A stretch of 64,000 nt of DNA from Obrimoposthia wandeli. Lineage: Eukaryota. The notes below the pieces were generated by a model that did not search any database, was not told the DNA's origin, and saw nothing but the letters and a program-made list of their open reading frames with translations. The stretch's first letter is position 1. Each line of letters starts with the position of its first letter. Below are positions 22,595 to 37,500 of this stretch, piece by piece. The stretch lies in NCBI GenBank assembly GCA_977020255.1, contig CDROCS010001386.1, positions 1 through 64,000 on the forward strand. The letters are read 5' to 3'. The translations under genes were made by a program, and so were the position numbers.

Positions 22595-25500
22595 CTGGCC
22601 ACGGAATATTTTATCATTACATTAATACCATAAAAAAGGAATACTTTATCATTCCTTTTCCTCTATATTATCTTCGCAAATTTCCATCAAATTTACTTGA
22701 GTAAAACAGATTTAGATATTAACAAAATGAACAGTTCATATATCGTATCTAATTGGGAATTTAGTGACCAAATTGTTGTATGCGGGTATTAAGTTCTCGT
22801 AAAGAAAATTGAGGTATTTATCTTCATAAATGATACGGATATATGGTTTAACTCATGTCAACTTTTCATATTCACATTTAATGTTGATTTATGGTGACAG
22901 CAAAATCCAAATCCGATCGGTTGAATACCTTGTAACAAAGTCAACAATATAAGTTATTCAAGCATTAATAAATTTTGAACCTGTTTTCAAAAACAATTCA
23001 TATTGGCAGTTTTGTATGTAATATTAAATAGTTTCAGAAATTTTAACACAGCCAATTTTTTTACTATTATTCTAATGATTTAATTTCAACTACCATATCA
23101 ATAAAAAACAATTGGAAACATGCCTTAGAATAATTTTTTTGTAAATATTGTACTTTTAAATATTAACTAATTTCATGAAAATTATTTTTTAAATGAATTT
23201 TAGAACACTACCAAATTAAAAAAGTCAAATTATTCAAATACTAAAAGCAATAGTTAATAAACTTTAAAAATAATTGCTTTAAAATCATCAACCTAGAAAT
23301 TTTGGCAGACACATTTACAATGGAATAAATGGCCAAGAAAAGCAAATCAAGCTATTTGTATAAGAACTAAGGCATTAGCAAAAATAAAAATAAAAAATAA
23401 ATGTTTTAAAAATAAAATATATTATATTAAATTTTATATAATTGTCTTACGTTTGTACAAGCAACAAATGATCGAGCATTGACTTTTATCAGATTCAATA
23501 TTTTTTTGGAAACGGGATTTCATATAATGACTTATTTAGAAATATTCATCTAGATTCTAGAAGGTGAAACATTTATTGCAAAAGCTTCAGTTTCTAGTCA
23601 AAAATTGGTATGTAAAAGCTACTATAGAAAAAAATCGTCTATATACCGTTTCATGAAAGAAATAAAGGTTGAAGTCACCATTAAGCATTAAAAGATATAA
23701 AATTGTTTGGATAAACCATCAGTTCATGAAAGTAAGCTTGTTCATAAAACCCAGCGGTTTGAATATTTAGAGAGAGAAAGAGAGCTGTTTGATTAAAATT
23801 CAATTGTTCTAAATTTGTTCAGGTTGTATTTCCACTTACTGGAACAGTTCTCAGCTGCACTTAACAGCTGTTTCACTTGTCAATTATCACATGGATATTT
23901 GTTATGGTTAAACGCCAGTTGGAATACAAAGAAGGGCATCTGAAATATGGATTTACAGCCAAAGAACGGTGCCTGAGTTTTCCGCCCGTGTGGATTGCAA
24001 TGTTTACACGTAAAAAAAGAACCACTTTGATTTTCAACATGATCTTTGATATGATCTTTGACATGCTCTCAGTTTGAATTTTAAACCACGATTAAGTGAA
24101 CTGATAAGCACCATGAAACAAGCCACTGAAAACACGATTGTATCGTTTTCATGAAATCACTGGATTTAAATACGAAACGTTTTTATTATTTGTTATTGTC
24201 TATTAAATAAATTTCCATGGTCGCTGTGGAAACAAATTGCAGATTGACAGTGATATATAAATAGTAATTAAAACAATAAAAATTGTTCTTGAACTTGTGT
24301 AACATCATGGGAAAGCAGTTGCATTGCTTGAAATTGTGAATGTGCGAATGAGTGACTCACAAGAGGTGGCTCCTGGCGCTGCTTGCGGCGACGGTGGTGG
24401 GGGCATCATTTTAGTTGGCAGCTTGGAGGGCGGCTTGACCATCTTGACTTGCTGCACAGTGGTCGTGGTGGTCGTGGTCGTGACGGAGCTGCGCCGTCTG
24501 TCTTCACCAGTCACTTCCCATTTAACGGAGCGCTGCCGATTGCGCAGGAAGATGCGGGAGCCGCGGTCCTGACCATTGTGCAGTGCCGACGCCAGCCTGA
24601 AGCATAGCTCCGGCCCGATGGAGTTGTGCTCGACACGAGGCGCTCGCTTCACTCGCTCCAGGAACTCTAGCAGAGTGCGAGGTGCCCCTGGTGGTGGCGG
24701 AGGTGGAGGCGGAGGAGGCTGGTGGCGCCAGTCAGAGGCGGTGCTTGGCAGACCCGGGAATCCAAGTGGCGGGAAGGGGGGCGGCGGTGGTGGATGCATC
24801 AGCAGCTCATCAGCAGATGGCAGCAGCGACTGTGGTAAACGAAGAAATCATTATGGAAATTAATTAATTTAATAAGTTAATTAATTTTTATGCTACCAGG
24901 TATCCATCACAAACTCTCAGTCTCTAGTATTTCCATTTAGTATATGAAGTACCAATGAGTATATCCGGACATACTCCAGGGGGTAAAACTCGCTTGATGG
25001 CACAGATATGGACCCTGAAACCTTTGAATCGCACCAAAGACAACTAAAAATCTGTATTTAGAGAATGGCAGATAAATACTAGATGCCCTCAAAGATGAGT
25101 CATTTGAGGTCACATATGGCCTCACCTAGTATATGAGGCCACTTATATCCAATTTTCTTGAGTACGATTTGCAAATATTTCAAGGGATTTTGAAAGTCCC
25201 AAGTCAAAATCACGACTCTTATACATGGTGAGGGATATCCTAGTCTAAAGCAGCTTAACGTGCCGCGAGATTTATGTTGACTCTACCTTATCTATTTTAT
25301 CTATATCTAATGAATCTTTGATTTATTCCTCAAAAGCGTTTCCTCTTTTCCATTATTCTATAATAAAGTATTCAGCTGCTTTTTGAATTTTTCAACATTG
25401 TTTCATATATTCATCGGTAATTTATTGTAAAAAATTCGGGGTATAGAATTCAAAAATTCAAACACTCTGTTTGTTATTTGAGAATTTCTTAACCAATTTG

Positions 25501-28500
25501 AAGTCATCATCGTCGGTCTTAAGATGCATGTACAATGTTGTAATATTGTATAGTATATTAAAACATACTTTTTCACCGCACTGTATGATATACATTATAA
25601 ATATTATGTTCAAGTATTCTAAAAATTCATCTGAATCAACTAATCTTAAAGACTGGGTTCCATTCAACGGCAAATGCTACAAGAAGAATATTGGAAAATG
25701 TAGCAGAGACTATGGAGATTTAGTCGAAACATTCAATAAGTTTAATATATGATCCAAAATAAAATACATACTACGTAGATTGCATTATGAACAAGACTGT
25801 TTAAAATCCAAGTCCTTCGTAAGTTTTTTATTAATAACTAATTCTTTAATTTAAATTAAGATTATTCAAATAGTTAGTAAAGAATTAATAAATTTATGGA
25901 TCAAATTCAATTTACCAACTCTATCACTCGCTATGATAAAGAAGAAGATAGAAAATATAGTTCGTTCTTATCGTGAGTATGTCAGAAAACATAAGAACCC
26001 TTTAAAAATGAAATATGAATGGGATAATCTATTTGATATTATAAAAAGAGGGACACTATTTCTTTCGAAAAAAATACGAGTTATTTTATCGGGGACAAAT
26101 GAATAAAGAACAGATTGGATATTGCAATTCAAATATCGAATCAGTCAAAATTCATCAATCTAAAATTCAAGGCAAAGAAAAAAATATTGTTTATTTATAA
26201 TTTAATAGTATATTTTATTAAAACCTTTAATGAAGTTAGGGGCCTGGATTTTTACGAGTGATAATATAAAATATATATATTCAGAATCTACAAAACATTT
26301 CTCTTATTATATACATGGTAAAAACTTTAAATTTAAGAAAAACGTAAAAAAATCATCACCCTAATGTACATTCTTACTGTAGGCTCGAAAATATCATATA
26401 AATATTTGGGCTTTGTCAGATTTTTTTTTATAATAAATAGGAACCTGAATTCAATTATGATATTAATCAGAAGCTGATAAGGCGTTATTTAAAGCCAATT
26501 TCTTTAATTTGAACATAATTCTGACGACTTTGTTAAAAAAATCTGTAAGCGATTTACTTAATAAACTTAAATATTAAACAAAAAATAATTTTGAAAATTA
26601 AGTTTTGATGAAATAATCACTTTCATATTAGATAAATATTTTTGATATGACTATTGAAAGTTATTACACTTTAATAATTTGACCATTCATTGTAATATTT
26701 TCTTCGAGGACGCAACCAATGTTCTTTATATTTCTTTTTTAATTAATAATATGTTCACTGATACGTAAGAAACTCCTATTTTCTTTAATACAGATTGCAT
26801 TATTCTCAATATATAGCCTCAGGATTATTTCCATTCATGCTCAAATGTCTTAATAAGAGTTTCCATTTCAGAAAATGTGATTTCATAGTCATTACAATCA
26901 ACATCAACATAAAGTTGTGTGTCATCAACATAAAGGTACAAATAAATAATTTTTTTTTAATTTGCTACAATTGACGATGTACAAATCAACAAAAAGGTTT
27001 GGATCAAGAATCAAACCCTGAGGAACACCACATTTTTTGTATTCAAGATCAGTGATTATTATAACAGATTGTTTGCGTAAAAGTAAATAACTTTTAAACC
27101 AATTCAGCTCTTTTCAATTGGTTCCAATATTTTCCAAGTCCTTTTAATGTCGTAAGAAGGGAATAATCCCAAATGGGTACATCTTAATGTTAACTGAATC
27201 AATTTAAATAAATAGAATTAATATAAGTTTTTTTATAACTGCTAAATATTCTAAATAATTTTTTTTAAAATAAAAGATCAAATTAATTTAGTTTAAAAGG
27301 TCAAAATTTCAAACATAACTAGTTTAGAAATAAATATAAGTTGAAAAAAATTATATGAATTTTTCATGTAAATTCAAATCAATTTTTGTACACTTCATTT
27401 AATTAACAAATATCATAATTTTTAAAATTGTTTATTTTATGTTCAAACTCAACATTATATTTAATCTGTTTAAAATATAATTTTTAAATAACTTAAATAA
27501 ACATAAAATTTGAAATATTACAAATATAAAATAATACTTTCAATTATTTTTAATTTTCTTTTTTCTCTTTTAAGCATATGATAGTCGTTAAGTTAATATT
27601 TTTAACCTATAAAATTGAAAAAAATAAGGTAGCAAAAATATCATTTGAGATTATAGACAACTAAATATTGAATGTCAAAACTATTTTAGACATAATCTTC
27701 TTTTTTTCAATAAATTGTAAAAATTAAAATGATATACAATTTTTATTTTCATATGAATTAAATAATTTTAAAATTTTATCTTTCATTTGTTAAATATTTG
27801 TTTGCCTTTAATTGATTTTCATATTAATTTTGAAAAAAATAATAAATTTTGAAATTATTTAAATTTCTTTATGATTATTTATTATAAAATATTATTAAAA
27901 TTGCAATTTAAAAATATTTTAATTATAAATTTTAGTTTATGTCTAACTTTATCTAACATATTTAAATTTTATAATCACTGGTAAATAACAATGTAAACAC
28001 GGATCAGCGTTTATAAATGCCTTCAAAACAGAACTCGAGTTTTACGGAAAAATATTTTATACGATATCGGTTGTATAACATTAAATTTCATTCAAATTTT
28101 AAATATATAAAAATAAATATTGTTAATCTAAATTCTATGAATGATATAAATAAATTATTTAAACATGGATTAAAATACAACCCTACAAATAAACTATGTT
28201 ATATTAGGTATAATATAAAATGACTTTTATATTTAATTATTAAATTCCTATGCATTTATAAAAAAATAAAGATTTTTGGATATAAAAAATTTATAAAAAA
28301 TATTTTCATATTGACATTTTTAATTAACTAATCTGTTTCATACGAGAAATTACAAATGCAGCTAATTAGCAACCCTCATTCGAATTTCTAAAAAAAATAA
28401 CTTTAAATATTAATTTTAATGTAAATAAAGTATATTAGATTTTTACTACAAATTAATTTCTTAAGAGTGTTTAAGTCATTTCAAACTTTTTGGTTTCTAA

Positions 28501-31500
28501 GAATTGCGTAATTCTTTTGAAATTTAAATTACAATCAAATTCAAATATATGGGATCACTTGGTAACGAGAAAAAATAATAAAATTTGATAATTTGCTTTT
28601 GATAAAAAAAATTCGTTACATGCGATTGTTGAGTGAAACCTTGATTAGTTATGTTAATTATTAATTTAATCCCAATGCTCGTGAAATTTAGTTAATTGTT
28701 TTTAGTAGATCAATAAATAATTATAAAACAATATATGAGCTTGTCTTTGAGAGTCTGCAAGGAGGATAAGAAAAAATGATCAGCCTAGATTTGAGCCAAA
28801 CGTATTAGTTTCAGATGCAGCAGGCTATAAGTACGTGATTTCGCCGAGTATTTTTCTGATGAAAATGTCATATTAATGTGTTGGTGTTGTGAATGAATAA
28901 GAAGCTAGTGATAACAAATTCAAAATGGTTATTATTTCTAAATTTCGATTAATAAAACAAAATATAACTTGACGAGGAAATATAACTGTTTTTGAATTTG
29001 ATTATTATCTGACCATAATTAATTTGCACGTTCATTTTACAGAGAAAGTCTTCTCCTAATATCGACTGAGTTACTTGACATACATGAAATTTGGACTCAA
29101 TTAGTCGATCTTCTATTTTGAAGCTTATTACTTTATCTCCAGAGCATTTGAAAATTGATCAATTAGCAGCACTAAACGTATGTGTGCCTGGAATCTGTGG
29201 TTTGAACTCGGTGATTGGAAGACAAGAAATTGCAGCTCCAGTATCGACTAAAAATTTATATTATGTTTGGTTAAATAAATATTATTTACGGAGCACCGCA
29301 AGGAATAATGCGTTTCTGCAGTGACTAGTTTAGAGACGCCTGAAAGTTTAAATCTAGTTTCCATTGGCATTTATCTCCGTTTACCAATAATTTGCATTTT
29401 GTTGCTCATTCTTTATACTTTGTGTGGTATCAACAAAACTTCGTATCTCCATCTTTTTTCTCTTTTCTATATCGTAGTACTGCCCCTTCTTCTCTGAGTT
29501 GTTGAACTTATTTTTCTAAACCATTGACAGTATATTCGTTGATAGCATTGTTAGTATCTTTGGACGATTCCAAAAGTATATCAGCAAGTTTTGACAATTC
29601 CTATAAACTTAAATCGGCGTGACTAACTAAAATCAATTTCATTTCATTAGGCATGACTTTCAAAAATTTTTGTCGTATTAATTTTTCTTCATTCAACTCG
29701 GCATCTTTAAATGTTAAACTTATTTCTGTAATAATTCTGAAGGATTTAAATCACCTTATTGGAAATCTCCTAATGCCTTGTTCATTTTATATTGATCTGA
29801 TTTGTTGTAACATTCTAAGATTGTCGTCTTAACAGCATTATATTCAGGAACATGATTGTCATCTATTCGAATTGCAACTCATTCTGGTAAATTGGCCATA
29901 ACATAATGGTATTTCGTTGCTTGATCCTTAATTCCGGTCAAAATGAATTTTGATTTGAATTGTCGGAACCATAATCTCGAATTATTCTCATAGAAAGGAT
30001 ATTCTTAATCGATATTCAGGATATTTCGTTGCCGCTGGTGGTCGCCATTTATGTTGTGAATAAATAAGAAGCCAGTGATAACAAATTCAAAATGTTTATT
30101 ATTTCTAAATTTCGATTAAAAAAACTAAATATAAATTGTAATTTTTATACAAATTACAATAGTTGGTATCATATGTTTAACTTTTTCCAAACTTTCTTTC
30201 CATTGACCCACCATTTGTGCTATTTTTATACAACGATATATCAGACCGTTCGCTATATTTAAATAAAATGTTTAACAGTATATATTTTTCACATCATTAT
30301 TTTTATTGTAAAATATTACAACTCTTTTTCGTGTTCATATCAAAAACCAAAAATAAAAAATAATATCTACATCAAAATGGTTAATATCTTATTTCATATT
30401 AAACCTTAATTCATACACTTTACAAAATATAATAACAAAATCATATTTATAACTGTCCACTGGCTCTTAGATCAAAACAATGCAAACCAGTCGCAAAGGA
30501 TTGTTTTGATCTAAGAGCAATATAAAACAGCTTATCTAATACATTTTATTTATTTCAAAAGTTATTTTTAAAATTACAAAATTGTTTTTGTTCACTCAAA
30601 AAATAGCATTTTTTAGCTATTTAATTTGATTATACAGAATTAAATTGTTAAAATTGTGTTTTTTTGTGTTTTGTGATTTTATAAATATTTTGGATTTTTT
30701 TGTTCACTCATTTAATATATTTCCAAGATAATATATATAATTTTTATAATGTTCATGTTTTCGTTGTAATGTAAGGTGTTTTAAAAAGATTTCAATAACC
30801 AAGAATTAGATAAAAACTGACTTTCAATGAATAATTTTAGAAAATTATTATTATAAATAGTTTTCAATATATTTATAAGGTAATTAATTACTTCTAATTA
30901 GTATTCAAAGCTCCAAAATCTAAAATAAAGAATAATAATAGAAAGATTATATCAAAAGAAGAAATTAGTTATCTTGATGTTCTATTTATTGAAAAGAAAT
31001 ATATTTAATTTTAACACGCGTGAATGTGAAACCGACTCTAAATGATCGAATTGAATGTGGTGTTATTGATTGATGCTGTGATGCTCAAATGGCGGCCCGC
31101 AACATCAAATCCTTCTTACAAGGATTAAGTTAAAAAATTGTAGAAAATTTCATAGTCCTAAAAAACAAAAATTAACGTATTTTATTATTGCAGCTTCTAG
31201 TTAACAAATTTTGGTTCATTTTAGATTTTTGCTCAAAGACAATTACAACTCTTTGACCTATTCCCTGATGAAACATATCAAATATAATTAATATAATTTC
31301 AAAGCAATGACTCTTTGAAAGTTGCTCATATGGAATTAAGTCTGCTGGTACTTTATAAGAAGTATAGGGTGGTTCGTAATTAATATCGTATTTGAAGCCC
31401 AATTTCCAGAAAAAATAAAACGACAGTATACATCAATTCCAATAGTGTTTTTGTATTAACCATAGAAGTTCAAATATATGCAGCAGTGTTATGCCTATAT

Positions 31501-34500
31501 ACAAACGTTTATTGAACATAAAAATCTTTAGTTTATTTCTATTTAATTGATACATTTTGGAATTTCCAACAAATATTTGAATGTTTGAATGTATAATGGA
31601 ATAATCTTTTTTATTTAGCGCTATGGAATTTTCTTACGATAAGAAGCTGTTTTTAATTGAATCGTTGCGAAAATGTGGGAAGTCTGATACATGTGCTCAT
31701 TACCTCATGGCCAGACGAAGAATGCAGTGTACGGAAGATTGTTCAAGAGTTTAGTGATGGCAGGCGTGACAGTTTTGAAAGACAGCCAGGTCAAGGACAC
31801 CTAATTAGTAAAATAGGAAGGATATAATACATTTAGTTCAAGAAGCAATAGTTTTTGAAAATTGATTATCTGAAAGACATCTTGCTCAGATGCTAAATAT
31901 ATCCAAGGCCATGGTTCATCACAATGAGGATTTACTGCTTATCTGGATGAAAACCACGTAGATTGCACATAAAATCGATAAAATGCATTATCATATGAGG
32001 ATTGAATGTAGTGAAAACCAGTTACAAGCGTACCAATCAAGAATAGTAAAGCGAAACTTCGTTGTAGACGAAAAGGCCTTGAAATGACATTGGTTCGTGG
32101 ATTGATGTACGTGGAGATTACGAACGTTGTCAAACGCCTGTGAGACACCAAGTGGAAAATAGATTCTTAGTTTTGTAGCTGTGATACTTATATGAGTTCA
32201 TTATTTCTAAATATTGGAGAGAAATATTAATTCTGAAAAGTACATACAATATCTAAAATATATGGAAAAGTATATTGGAAGGAATGCACAAATCCAAATT
32301 GAAAACATTGCTCTTGTCCAAGATAATCCTAGACCTCATGTCGCCAGATCAACCTTAGATGTGTGTTCGATTTATTTGTCCACGACTGGAATCACTTCGA
32401 GGAAATAATCCTGATTTAACGAAAAAGAGGACCTACAAGAATTCTTGGTAAATCAACTTTCGACGTTCACTAAGGAAATTATGGACAAGCATTTCACAAT
32501 GTTGATAGACCATCTAAAGGTTTTATTATGAAATAAATGTGTGTGTATAGGCAAACACTTTTGTAAATATTTGAACTTCTATGGTAAGTACAAAAACACT
32601 ATTAGAATTGATTTATACTGTCGTTTTATTTTTTGTGGAAATTGGGTTTCAAAATAGGCTATTAATTACGAACCATCCTATACGTAAATAAAGAAGAATA
32701 CCCAGAACTTTACAAATAACATTTTTTGAAAGTACCTACAGTTTTGAACAGTTATTTTCTATGATGAAAATGATGAAATCTCAAAAGCAAAGATTAACAG
32801 ACACTCATCTTGCAGATCAATTAAAAGTGGGAGGCTCAGTGGCAGTGCAATAAACATTGATGAAATTTGAAGGAAAAATGGTCACATTATGCTTTTATTT
32901 ATGTTAATTCAGATGAATGTCCAGAGAAAATATGTTGCTTGAGGTTATTCCAGGAAATCCTTTGTTCTACTTGATGTGTGTTGGGGTATTATCTTGTAGA
33001 AATATGATTCAATTTTGATGTTGATGAATTGACAAAAGTTCTCGAGTCAAAACATTAGCTTAGCAATAGGAAAGATATTGGTTGAACTTCTATAATAATC
33101 CCTCCCCACGTGATATCATTAGCAATTGACCAATTTTCAGTTCCATGCACGCGGTAATATTTAGACTTCCCTTCAACAAAACTACAGACTCTTCGAACAT
33201 TCCTTTAAGATAGGGCAAACTTACATTTAAGATCTTTCCACATTTCTCAGTTATTTTAATAAAAGATATTGCAGTATTAGTTCCTCACTTTGAATAGTAA
33301 TTCGTTTTTCCTATATTTAAAATGTTGATTAAGTCGATATGTAACAGATTAAATTAATTTAATGACAGCACTTTAAATGGCGATGAATACCTCAAGTTAA
33401 TGAAAGACCATGTTATACCAATTTAAAGCGTAAGTGAGTGATAATGGTAAAAATATATTATAAAAATATACGTACAAGAGTTTTGAGAGCTTTACAAGCA
33501 ATACCGTCATAAGCTGCCACTTTGAATTTACCTGGATTTCTTGCTCACCAGAATGTAATCCCTCTGGAGTTTTGTCTAGCGCAGCGGTTTCCAAAGTGTG
33601 GGGCGCGACTGATTTTCCAAAAAGGTTGCGTAAAAAATATTTCAATACTTCAAATAAAATTATTGAACATTATCATGAAAGAGTAATCTTCAATAATTTT
33701 ACGAAGCTATTTTTTACGTTAGAAATTTGTTTATTAAAAACAGCTTTTGAATTAATAAATATAATTGTGTTACTGATTTTTTTAAAGTTAGCGCGAAAGT
33801 TTTCCTCTTATTTTACTGGGGCACCTTCCAAAAAGTTTGGAAACCGCTGGTCTAGCGGATATGTGAAGTCGTTGGTCTACGGCTATGAGAAAATTGATTT
33901 GACATAAGGACTACTAGCCAAGATTACACAATTTGTTTAGGAAATATTTCAAGAAATGGTAAAATGAGTTATTGCCACTGGTGCCTCTTGTCTCAAAACT
34001 GAAATTTAGAAGAAAAGATGACCATAACAAAGATCTAACTAAATATTTATAAGCGCCATTATATGTTTCATGTGTTTGAGAATAAAAATTTCTGTAAGAT
34101 TTTTATAGTATCTTAATCTTTTCTTTATCCGGCCTTTTTTGAACATTCTAATTTATGGTTAATTGCAATATTATCTCAATTTTATTATCTGAACTTGAAG
34201 GCAATCTTGATAATCATTTCGGCTAATTTCGAAGTACCAATTGAAACTGGGAATGAAGGCCACTTTACAGCGATGCGTCTCTAGAAAAGAGGAATTTCAA
34301 AATCGGTTGCTGAAGTCTGAGACTTACGTAGCACTGGTACCTAGTGAATCAGGCCTTTCAGCGGCAGAAGAGGCCGGAATAATACTGAACTAAATGTCAA
34401 CTTTTTAAATTTTAAACAAATAAATAGAAAGCTGGAATACAATTAAGCTAGGCCGGTGTTGGTAGCAGCCAGAGGCTAGCTTGATTGAGAAAGAGAGAGA

Positions 34501-37500
34501 GAACCAGTGAGACAGAGGATGGGAGGAAATGATTTGTTTGTTTAAGTGGGAACGGTTTACACAAACCGGGAGAATTGCAGGGACCTTGGGCTGTTATGCT
34601 GCTGTCCTCTTACTCTCCCATGTTTCTCGCATCATATACAAGATGAAAGGGAGTCTGAGATTTCACCAAATGAATTTTTTTAAGATCTGATTTGTTGTCA
34701 CATTATAATAGAACCATTAAATGAAAAATTTCCCAAATACAGAGAATTGCAGAATTAAGACAGTGTAAATTTTTTTTGATTTTTAATGGTATCTTATTTC
34801 TTTTATCAACTATAAATGCCAACAATTATAATTATGTTTTCTTACTTCATCAAGCTCCGGCTCGGGATCAGGGCCCTCCTTTACGTATTTCTCGATGCGT
34901 TGGCGCTGACGTTCGAAGATATGTGCCCCCTTGGATGCCCTGTTGATGGGGGCCGTGAGACTGTCGGCCATCTTCTTGGCCATGTCCATGCGCTCCTCCA
35001 GTGTGGGGTAGTGTACCGAGCCGTCCTCGAAGAATTCAGAGTTGGCGAATCGCTTCTCTGACAAATCACGGCGAAGGCTGGTGTAAGTCACAAATCTTAT
35101 AAGAAAATAAACATTATTTTCGATTCATTTTTTCATATAGTAACCTTTGTCGACCGATTTAAAATTAAATTGCAAATAGTGTAAAATAATGTGCGAATTT
35201 AAGAAATTTTAACTTATTAATGCATGAAATAATTTTATTGTTCTAATAGTTTTAGACAATAATACGGTAAATAAGAATAAATAAGTTATTTTGAAAATTA
35301 AAAAAATCCTTTCATATCTGTTAAAAAGTCAAAATCTGATACATGTCGGTGGAACTTTAAAATTAAAATAAGGAACATTGGTTGCGTCGATGAGAATATT
35401 ACTATGAATTGTCAAATTGATAAATTGTAAGAACATGCAACAGTCATATCCAAAAAAAGTCTAATAAGAAAATACCTTACTACTGATATGACTACAATGC
35501 TAATGCTGCAATTATTACTTCAAGGTTTGATTTTAAAAATGCTTTACTGTTTTATATTTGAGCTTATAAATTAAACCGCTTGCAAAAAATGATAAACAAA
35601 CCCGCCAAATTTACAAAAGTAAAGAAAAGTGCTTGTACAGGTGAACACTTAATGAAGCTTCATTGGCTGCTGATCAATGCCAGAATTGCATTCAAGATCC
35701 TCGCAACGGGCTACATTATACATATTATATAAGCACACACTTCAAACACCACAAATACACAGCTCTTTAAAGTGCAAAACAAAACAATCTCCTCTTCTTC
35801 GATTCAATTCGCCAATTTTAATACGACAAATGACTAATTGCAAAATATTACTATTTTAAATACACTGTGTTTTACGCTATTATGCAAGTATATTTTTTTT
35901 CAATGTCTTATTCAATATTGGATCAAATTCGATAAATTTTAGATAATGAATGCATTAAATATAAATAAATAAAAAAGAATTTAAATAAAATTATTTACTA
36001 TGTTATTATTGATAATATTCAAAGTTTTAGGTGTTTCACGCTATTATGCTAATTATTTAATTGAAATAAAAACATAGTAATTTATTAAAAAACACATACA
36101 ACAATAAATTAATGGTTAATATAATTTCCCGTTTTCTTCATAACTTGAACTATTCTACTTTCCAATGATGATGTTAACTTTTCTAAAGTACTTACATCAA
36201 TCTTATGACATGATTCTACAATTGCCATCCAAAGGTCTTCCTTGTCATAAGTTTTCAATCGGATTCAGTTCAGCTGAGTTAGATGGCCAACTCATATACG
36301 TTCTTCCACTCCATCCATTGCCAGTTAAAAATTGTGAAGAATATTAAGAACAGTAAGAGTTGTCTTGCATGAAAATTTATAAATACTCCCCAAAACATTA
36401 TTCCATAACCACCTTGCTGTCGTCTAACTCTTATTGGGACATCCAAACCTTTCAGTACCCATCTTCTAGCAAACCTATCAGGACCATCAAGTGTTGCCCG
36501 GTACTCATCGGTGAATATTACGTTACAAGAAACCACTTTGACATATATTGAACAGCCCCATGCAATCTTTGTATCTTATGTGCAGATGTTAATCGTGGTC
36601 TTGAAGGTGATTTTCTAACGGATGCAATATTTTGCAAAATGCGCCAACGAGTAGATCTTGAAATTCCTGAAATACAAGCTTCTTGAAATATATGTATACG
36701 TTCTGAGAGGATTTTGGGCCACACATCTTTTCAGAGATGTAATATTACGCCTTTCTATTGTCTTAAATATATTTTATCACTTCTTGTACGTTGTTCACAT
36801 ATATCTGAGCTCACTCTCTTAATCATTCGATGATCACGCTTCATAACCTTTGCAATTTCCTTCGTTTTCTAACCATTAGTGAGAAACTTTACAACATTTT
36901 GCTTTTCTTCTTTGGTCATATCATTTTTCTTGCCCATGAGTAGGTAGAAGAATGGAGTCTAGACCACTTGACCCTATCCCCCTTCCTTGTGTGCACACAA
37001 AATGTTTAAGGGTGACTTGCCACACCATAAGGGACTGACTCAGAAAGGTTATGAAGGTTTGAAGATATGGTTGGAATCGTCTATGGTCGACCAATATACC
37101 CAAGGGGTTGTGGTCGTCCATAGATGAAAGGGTTGGGATCAGTTATGACTTGAAGGTATAATTGAGGTCAACTATGGTTGACCATCACATCTAAAGGGTT
37201 GTGGTAGTCCATAAATCAAGGGGTCGGGCTAAAGACAAAATCAAGTTTCAAATATCAAGGTTTTAGTACATGGTTGGAATCATCTTTAGAAGGGAAATTC
37301 ATCTATAAAGGTATGGTTGACCATAGATAAAGGGGTAAAATAAGTTGGAATTTCAAAGTTTTAAGTACATGGTTGTGATTGTCAAAATATTGTGAGTTTA
37401 AACATATAAAAAATTTATGGTCGTTCACAAGTTAAGGGTCAGATTTGGAACAAACTTGATAATTTTATTACATGGTTGTATTTGTCTATAAAATTGAGTT

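Noticed and set aside
22336-22617. Listed 93-aa ORF as the terminal exon
   Set aside because: A different frame fits the upstream donor phase and an AG acceptor, and gives a more protein-like sequence.
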